A DNA stretch of 64,000 nt. Origin: an uncultured virus (IMG/VR IMGVR_UViG_3300045815_000012) (taxonomy: Duplodnaviria > Heunggongvirae > Uroviricota > Caudoviricetes). The stretch lies in the IMG/VR virus record IMGVR_UViG_3300045815_000012. The stretch is one strand, 5' to 3'. The notes below the pieces were generated by a model. That model worked only from the letters and a program-made list of their open reading frames with translations. It was not told the DNA's origin and did no database searches. The translations under genes were made by a program, and so were the position numbers. This document shows positions 59,001 through 64,000 of the stretch, in pieces (positions within the stretch are counted from its first letter, which is position 1; every line of letters begins with the position of its first letter).

Positions 59001-62000
59001 GTAGTAACGATTGAAAGTATTAGTTTGTTCGCCGCTTCAACTAATTTCGGCAACAACATAACGATCCCGCTCACTAAAGCAAGTAAGATATTCATACCGG
59101 ATTCAATGATTTTGGGTAAATAAGTAATGATCAAAGATAAAATCATTTCGACTACTGAAATCACTGCGTTGATTAAATTAGGCAGCATCTGAATGATACC
59201 TGTAATGATTGAGGTCAAAATGGAAATTCCAGATTCAATCAATTGAGGCAACACTGATAGTAGTGTCTCGATAATCGTCGTTGAAATAGTGAGTGCGATA
59301 GTTACAGCTGTTTGTGCTAACGGAACGATTGTCTGCAAGATTCCTTGAATGATTCCACTCAAGATACTGATTCCTACTTCAATCATTTTTGGTAGTATTG
59401 CAGTAAACGAAGTCACTAGATTCAAGACGACTTCTGATACTTTTTCTAGTAATTGAGGAACCGTGGTTCCCATACCCTCAGCAAGTTTAGAAATTAGATT
59501 GCTACCAGTAATGATTAGTCCTGGTATACCACCAATTAAAATAGCAATGATCTTCGGTAATATTGATTTGAAGATATTAATGAGAGGCTCGAAATTCCCG
59601 ATAAACGCTTTGTCGATCGCCTCTTTGAGTTGAGCGAATTTTTCTTTTGCTCCATCAACAAAGTTGCGAATACCTTCTCCTAATCGATAAATCACTTCTA
59701 ATTGGTTGTCACTAAATGAATCACCAAATAGATTCGTCAGACCTTCAAGGCTGGTAATATTTCCTGAAATAATGAACTTCAATCCTAAAAAAGCACGCCG
59801 AATTTGCTGAACGATTTCATAGAATTTTTCGAATCGTTGAATTGTTGCATCACTGAACATACTTGTATTGATAGCTTCAGAGAACGAATGGAAATCAGTA
59901 TCTCCAGTCAGAACATCTTTAACGATCTTTATACCGTTTTTCAGTTTTTCAAGACTCTCATGAAGTGCGATAATCCGATTAATAATTGCATTCACTGTGT
60001 CTTGTGGCAGAAAATCAGATAGTGCTAATTTCAAATCTTCAAACTGTTTCCGATCACCGCCATGTAGAATTTGATCCAAACTTGATCGGATAATATTCGA
60101 TGCAACCTGAACTCTTTCATTCGCATCTTTCTTGAACCGTTCAAATGTTTCATGGAGAATAGTCAGACGTTCTACGATCTTGTTAGTGGTTTCTTGAGGA
60201 AACAGTTCATTTAAAGTCTGTTTTAGTTCTTCAGTCTTTCTTCTATCGCCACCAACGAAGATTAAGTCAAAACTACTCTTGATGGCTTGAGCCGCCAGTT
60301 CAAACTTTTCACTAGCTTTCTCTTTAAATTCTTCGAAAGCTTTGTGTAGAGCTGTTAAGCGGTCAATAATAATGTTGACTGTTTGCTGCGGTAGTAATTG
60401 ACTAAGATTCTGACGTAACTCTTCTGTTTTCTTGCGGTCACCGCCAACAAAAATAAGACGCAATGCTCCATGAATTGCATTTCCCGCAATGACAAATGTT
60501 TCTCCAAACTTCTTAACAAAGTTAATCAACGGAGCGACTAATTGCCGGAATCTCTCAGAACGTTTGTATAAATCGGTAATAGCAATTGCTAAACCTATTA
60601 CTGCAGCTGCAACAATCGCAAACGGACTGATTTGTAATACTGTGATGAATCCCAAGAATATAGATTTCAGTTTACTGAATAGGTTGATCACTAGAATAAG
60701 CGATCCAAAGGATAATAAAGCTGTAACAAGACCTTTTACAATTGATATCAGTGGATTCGCAGATTTGCTAATTCCTTCTAGAGATTTTGCTATTGAATTC
60801 AGAACCCCTTGAACCTTTTCTGCTCCTATTGTGTTATCTCGAAATGCTTTAATTGATGCTGTTGCTGATCCCAATGCATCAACCGCAACTTTTTTAAAAG
60901 GTTCTAACCCTTTGACAATAGTTGTAGTGATAGCCGTTCTAAAGTTGGCCATTGAACCTGATAAAGTATCACCAGCAGTTTTGGCTAGTCCCGCCATCTT
61001 AGCAGTAGTTCCAGCAACGCCTGTCGTTCCTTCCTCAATACCTCTTCGAAGATCCTCAATGGCTTCGCCGGCTTGAAGGGTTCCATCGGAAACGGCTTCT
61101 TTCATATCTGTCACGGATTTTTGACTAGCATTCGCTAAAATTTGCCATGCTGGAATGCCGGCATCTACTAATCTATTAATATCATCAGCATAGACAACGC
61201 CAGCTGATTGCATGCCTGCGATTGCATCGGTTATTTGATCAATGGATTCTGCTCCATTTCCGACCCCATACGCTGCATCCGCTATCGCCTGAAAGACTTC
61301 CTTAACCTTCGTGCCTTCCATTCCGGCCGCAACCATTTTCTTTGCGCCCATGGCGACATCATTTAGAGCGATAGGAGTTCCTTCAATGGCAGCTGCTAGG
61401 TCGTCCATTACTTGCTTAGCAATACTTGCGCTTCCTGTTAATACAGTTAGTGATTTAGTGGCAGTATCAATAGTGTCAATACGATCAATTGCTCGCCCGA
61501 TTGAATCACTCAGAACACTAAAAGCTTTAGAAACGATTGCAATTGAAGCTATTGATGATGCTAAGTCTTCGATGGATCCCTTAGCATCTTTAGATGGTTC
61601 GTTAACTCCAGACTTGATTTGGTTTTTTATGTTCGGGAAAATCGCCTTTGCTCTATCCAATACAGACTTGAACCCATTGGAAAGACTATTCTTAACAGAA
61701 TTTGCCGTTCCTGAAGCATAATCAGAGATCGTCTTCACTCCATTTTTAAGCGAACTCCAAATATTTGATGCTATGTTCGGTAAATTCTTTACACCGTTAA
61801 TAAATCCAGTCTTTATGTTTGATGCTACTTTTGTCGCTTTTGAAGGAAGTTGAGACAAGCCGGTTCCGATTTTCGTTACAGCGTTAGCTGTCGAGTTAAC
61901 AACCGAATTGAATCCAGTGACGAAAACATCTTTCGTTCTATTTATCGCTTGTGTGGCTTTCGTTGGAATCTGCTGTATCTGAGAAATTGCTTGATTCTTA

Positions 62001-62644
62001 GCTTGAGCAAATCCAGAGCTGACAAAACCTGTGACAGATTTCATCGTGTTTTGGATTGTCTTCGGCATTGATTTCACTTTTTCAATCGGATTCTTGATTA
62101 ACTCAAGCAATGAAGAACCGATAGATTTAAAGCCATTCTTTAAGTCGCCGAAGCTAGACTTTAGGTTGGACAAGCTATCCTTCATAGAAATAACGAGCGC
62201 TCGATTCATTGCCTTGCTGTCTTTTGTCATTTCGTTGTAGGATACTTTCGCATCGCTCTTCATCTGATTGAACGTCTGCTTGCTATTTGATGATAAGACG
62301 TTGTTTGAATTCGTAATCTTTGAAGTCAACGCCTGATAACCCTTTGTACCAGAACTAGTCATATCCGTAATTGCTTTCTTTGTGCTATTGAATGATTCAG
62401 TAGTTTTGCTCACACGATCTTTTAGATCAGCGTAGCTAGCGACCATTGATTTCGTCGAACTTGAACCTCTCTTACCGAGTTCTTCCGCACGCTCGGCAAC
62501 ACTACTAATTGTTCCCGCGAGTTCGGTTGCTTTTTCGCCAGTTCGTTCAAACCAACCGAAAAAAGAGGCCACAGCTTTCTCTGCTGGGCCACTATCTGCG
62601 GTGATCGTTAGCTTCGCCCCACCTACGTTTACATCCTCTGCCAA
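56003..62644 (-). CDS. Tape measure protein with peptidase-like and SLT domains
   Basis: 2213 aa; amphipathic repeats; IQRESSGN...GLLQ. Confidence 0.95.
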   Translation of the reverse strand: MAEDVNVGGAKLTITADSGPAEKAVASFFGWFERTGEKATELAGTISSVAERAEELGKRGSSSTKSMVASYADLKDRVSKTTESFNSTKKAITDMTSSGTKGYQALTSKITNSNNVLSSNSKQTFNQMKSDAKVSYNEMTKDSKAMNRALVISMKDSLSNLKSSFGDLKNGFKSIGSSLLELIKNPIEKVKSMPKTIQNTMKSVTGFVSSGFAQAKNQAISQIQQIPTKATQAINRTKDVFVTGFNSVVNSTANAVTKIGTGLSQLPSKATKVASNIKTGFINGVKNLPNIASNIWSSLKNGVKTISDYASGTANSVKNSLSNGFKSVLDRAKAIFPNIKNQIKSGVNEPSKDAKGSIEDLASSIASIAIVSKAFSVLSDSIGRAIDRIDTIDTATKSLTVLTGSASIAKQVMDDLAAAIEGTPIALNDVAMGAKKMVAAGMEGTKVKEVFQAIADAAYGVGNGAESIDQITDAIAGMQSAGVVYADDINRLVDAGIPAWQILANASQKSVTDMKEAVSDGTLQAGEAIEDLRRGIEEGTTGVAGTTAKMAGLAKTAGDTLSGSMANFRTAITTTIVKGLEPFKKVAVDALGSATASIKAFRDNTIGAEKVQGVLNSIAKSLEGISKSANPLISIVKGLVTALLSFGSLILVINLFSKLKSIFLGFITVLQISPFAIVAAAVIGLAIAITDLYKRSERFRQLVAPLINFVKKFGETFVIAGNAIHGALRLIFVGGDRKKTEELRQNLSQLLPQQTVNIIIDRLTALHKAFEEFKEKASEKFELAAQAIKSSFDLIFVGGDRRKTEELKQTLNELFPQETTNKIVERLTILHETFERFKKDANERVQVASNIIRSSLDQILHGGDRKQFEDLKLALSDFLPQDTVNAIINRIIALHESLEKLKNGIKIVKDVLTGDTDFHSFSEAINTSMFSDATIQRFEKFYEIVQQIRRAFLGLKFIISGNITSLEGLTNLFGDSFSDNQLEVIYRLGEGIRNFVDGAKEKFAQLKEAIDKAFIGNFEPLINIFKSILPKIIAILIGGIPGLIITGSNLISKLAEGMGTTVPQLLEKVSEVVLNLVTSFTAILPKMIEVGISILSGIIQGILQTIVPLAQTAVTIALTISTTIIETLLSVLPQLIESGISILTSIITGIIQMLPNLINAVISVVEMILSLIITYLPKIIESGMNILLALVSGIVMLLPKLVEAANKLILSIVTTLIQSLPKIIEAGVKILGALIQGVISILPKLIETAIKLIITIAAVLIQNLPTIIAAGVKILLAIGKGIIDTIGTLIKMLPQVFSAIFKAFGDIKWGKIGKDIISGIGKGITGAVDSLKKSVTDVAGNVSKWFKDKLKIKSPSRVMMADAQWVPAGIAVGIDKGKPKIQQAMDAVTDLMTKAVQDAEPVGLSSNMIVTESYGMPDANQMQLSAQQASQAGNQGMADSTPQLIQTALSAANGILGQFSSISPSMVLQGAEWLTNFMTGWNSVVPTMMTTVKTFINQYTTLIKNQNNPNYQMGRAWMQNKLNGWNSLVSTFINTVRNFCNQVVSLLRSFYSAMYQTGRTWLQNLLNGWNALYGSFIARVNQLGNDSINNLRSKSSGFNSAGRFLMQTLIDGINSMGGSLSATMNGVANKMVGGIGKGVNGVIGGVNYVLKEVESDKKLGNWTVPQYAKGSEGHPSDGPAIVNDQKGSKYQEIIQEPDGSTFIAKGRNALVWLKKGAKVLNATMTERVLKAQNNLGSMIPKYEDGIGEFDIFDIIDDEGAFKKLVDQRVDYNSIVEPWRNMTKAGVKLMTSAAYPFAQKHVEDAFGGGSFDGAMNANNVYQYLVDIAQKVMSKFGGLTITSGYRPGDPYWHGKHQALDISGYPYGSPRYTEAANWAFEKFPKQIAYVITNGRVRDRMGISGQAATSQWVPWPDNDHYDHIHLNGALGSGNIFKAGTDVDGGLKTSSGVTGSNWTAQIKRAAKVMGQRISASELNGILAQIQRESSGNEKIRQQIIDVNSTNGSGGAKGLLQYIQSTFDAYKVRGHGNIFSGYDQLLAFFNNSNWRRDLPYGRSGWGPTGSRIKGYKDGGWVMNEVYRAGENNKPEVVLPVTKPARAMELIGQALNYMAQNGSGIIQSATTGLSNMASNMTLNLADLIGIDTQAIRSNFASSASIDLQEVIRLLNVNNQLLAEIRDQESDIYMDKEKVGKKVAPTVAKENARNERLSERRKGRA

Positions 62645-62671
62645 TTGCTCAACTCCCTTCTATATGTATTT

Positions 62672-63573
62672 TTATTTCTTCCACCATTGAGTTGTATCAA
62701 CGCCATCGTTGTTAGCAGACTCAGTTAACTGACCTTTCGCCTTTTCAATCGCTTCTTCATACGGCTTCATCAAGATTGACTCATAGCTATTTCCGCCAGT
62801 CAGGTTACTCAAGAACATACTCACTGAATCAACTATCGCCATTTGAATCTCATACTGTCTTGATCTCCGAGCGTTATACTCTTGTTTATTTCCCCATTCA
62901 TACTTCCGCTTCAACCAAGTAAATGTCTGGTCTAAAACATAATCCTCTGAGAGAGAGTAGAAATAAGAAACGTATTGGATTTGCTCTATTAAGCTTGTGG
63001 TGAAGGTTTCAATGGCACTACTGATTCCGGTTGATCCTGAGTGTCTGCTTTCGTTTTCCCTGCTGCGTTCATGTCCTCTTTCTTCACTGGTCGGAATTTC
63101 GGACGGATCTTTTTTACTAATGCAGTCAACTTATCAATCGGTGTATTATCTAAGAATGAAGTTACGATCAAAGCTGTGTCAAAGAAATCCATTTCCTCTG
63201 TTTCTTCAGCAGTATTACCAAGTACAATCGCAAGTATTTCCGCAATCTTCTCATCTGGTAAAATTTCTAGAGCAAACTCGACCGTTTGTTCCATAGATGG
63301 CGGTGTGAAGTCCCAGAGCAGGTTCTTATTCTCATCTTTCATTTGTTCCCCAGTCTTCTCGTCAATCGCTGGTTTTTTCTCAGTGTTCTCGCTTCTCCAC
63401 TTAACAAATCGGTCGTACATGATTACACCATCACCTGCTACAAATTTGATCAATCGCACCACTTTTCTATTTGTCAGTCGCGGCATTGGTACCTTTGAAC
63501 CATCGCTCAATTCAACCATTTTCATTTCAGTTACTACGCTGTTGATTTGTTCTACTGTTGTATTTCCAGTCAT
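62672..63573 (-). CDS. Tail assembly chaperone G (62989-63573) and GT via -1 frameshift
   Basis: A AAA AAG at 63115-63109; the -1 frame is open and joins the 62672-62914 ORF. Confidence 0.8.
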
Positions 63574-63630
63574 GTTTTTCTCCTTTTTTAGATAAAATAA
63601 AAGACCCTGCATTATAGCAAGGCCTTATGA

Positions 63631-64000
63631 TTACAATACTTGTTCTATTTCTTTAAATACATTTTCATCTTCTGGTAAATCATCCTGAGCAAAAGCTGAG
63701 AATGATACCGGGAGAGTTCCTTTTTCCTTACCGTGATTGGTTTCAACGTTATCACTAATTTTTGTTTCATAATAGTGAGCCATTAAGAACGTACCATCTT
63801 CTCTCTTAACAATGTTAGTTAAGCTGTATGAATCAACAGAAGTTGGCGCACCATAAGATACGGTTTTAGTCCCTAGTTCTTCAACAGGTGTTAGAGTATC
63901 AGATGTCGTGTACGCAGCGGTAACACCTTTTTTCAATGTAACAATGTCACCAGATACTTGAGATATTTCGATTGTTTCATCACCGACTTTAGCAAATTTC
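63631..64000 (-). CDS. Major tail protein of prophage A, 3' part
   Basis: Frame open to the window edge; upstream of the chaperone. Confidence 0.65.
   Translation of the reverse strand, partial: KFAKVGDETIEISQVSGDIVTLKKGVTAAYTTSDTLTPVEELGTKTVSYGAPTSVDSYSLTNIVKREDGTFLMAHYYETKISDNVETNHGKEKGTLPVSFSAFAQDDLPEDENVFKEIEQVL

Larger units (their letters stand above)
476..64000. mobile_element. Prophage A (sufB-integrated siphophage), interrupted by prophage B and continuing beyond the window
   Basis: att features at the left; second lysin, holin, tail and tape-measure set at 48097-64000. Confidence 0.75.

Overview
A low-GC Firmicutes (Enterococcus-like) window that is almost entirely prophage. A host membrane-protein gene fragment and a terminator sit at 1-465. 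At 476-641 a displaced sufB 3' end (YEMEGSVG*) with arm repeats marks the attachment site of an outer siphophage, prophage A. A's lysis and tail modules resume at ~48.1 kb and run off the window. Between them lies a complete 43,520-bp cos-type siphophage, prophage B. Its attP looks intact (arm repeats on both sides, 44750-44977) and it is bracketed by a ~3-kb direct repeat with a ~1.7-kb near-identical core. B therefore appears to have entered A by homologous recombination, or the join is a mis-assembly. The shared cassette carries an SOS-boxed yolD operon, a Panacea/DUF4065 toxin-antitoxin pair, a pseudo-tRNA, and a tandem array of promoter-(cre)-small RNA-terminator units. More such sRNA units are scattered through B. 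Other highlights: homologous -1 frameshift tails on both capsid and tail tube that look like the missing strands of a separately encoded Ig/FN3-like protein; a 9-bp motif at seven early-gene junctions; and an ~800-bp structured non-coding tract with degenerate tRNAs. All calls are by eye; no searches were run.
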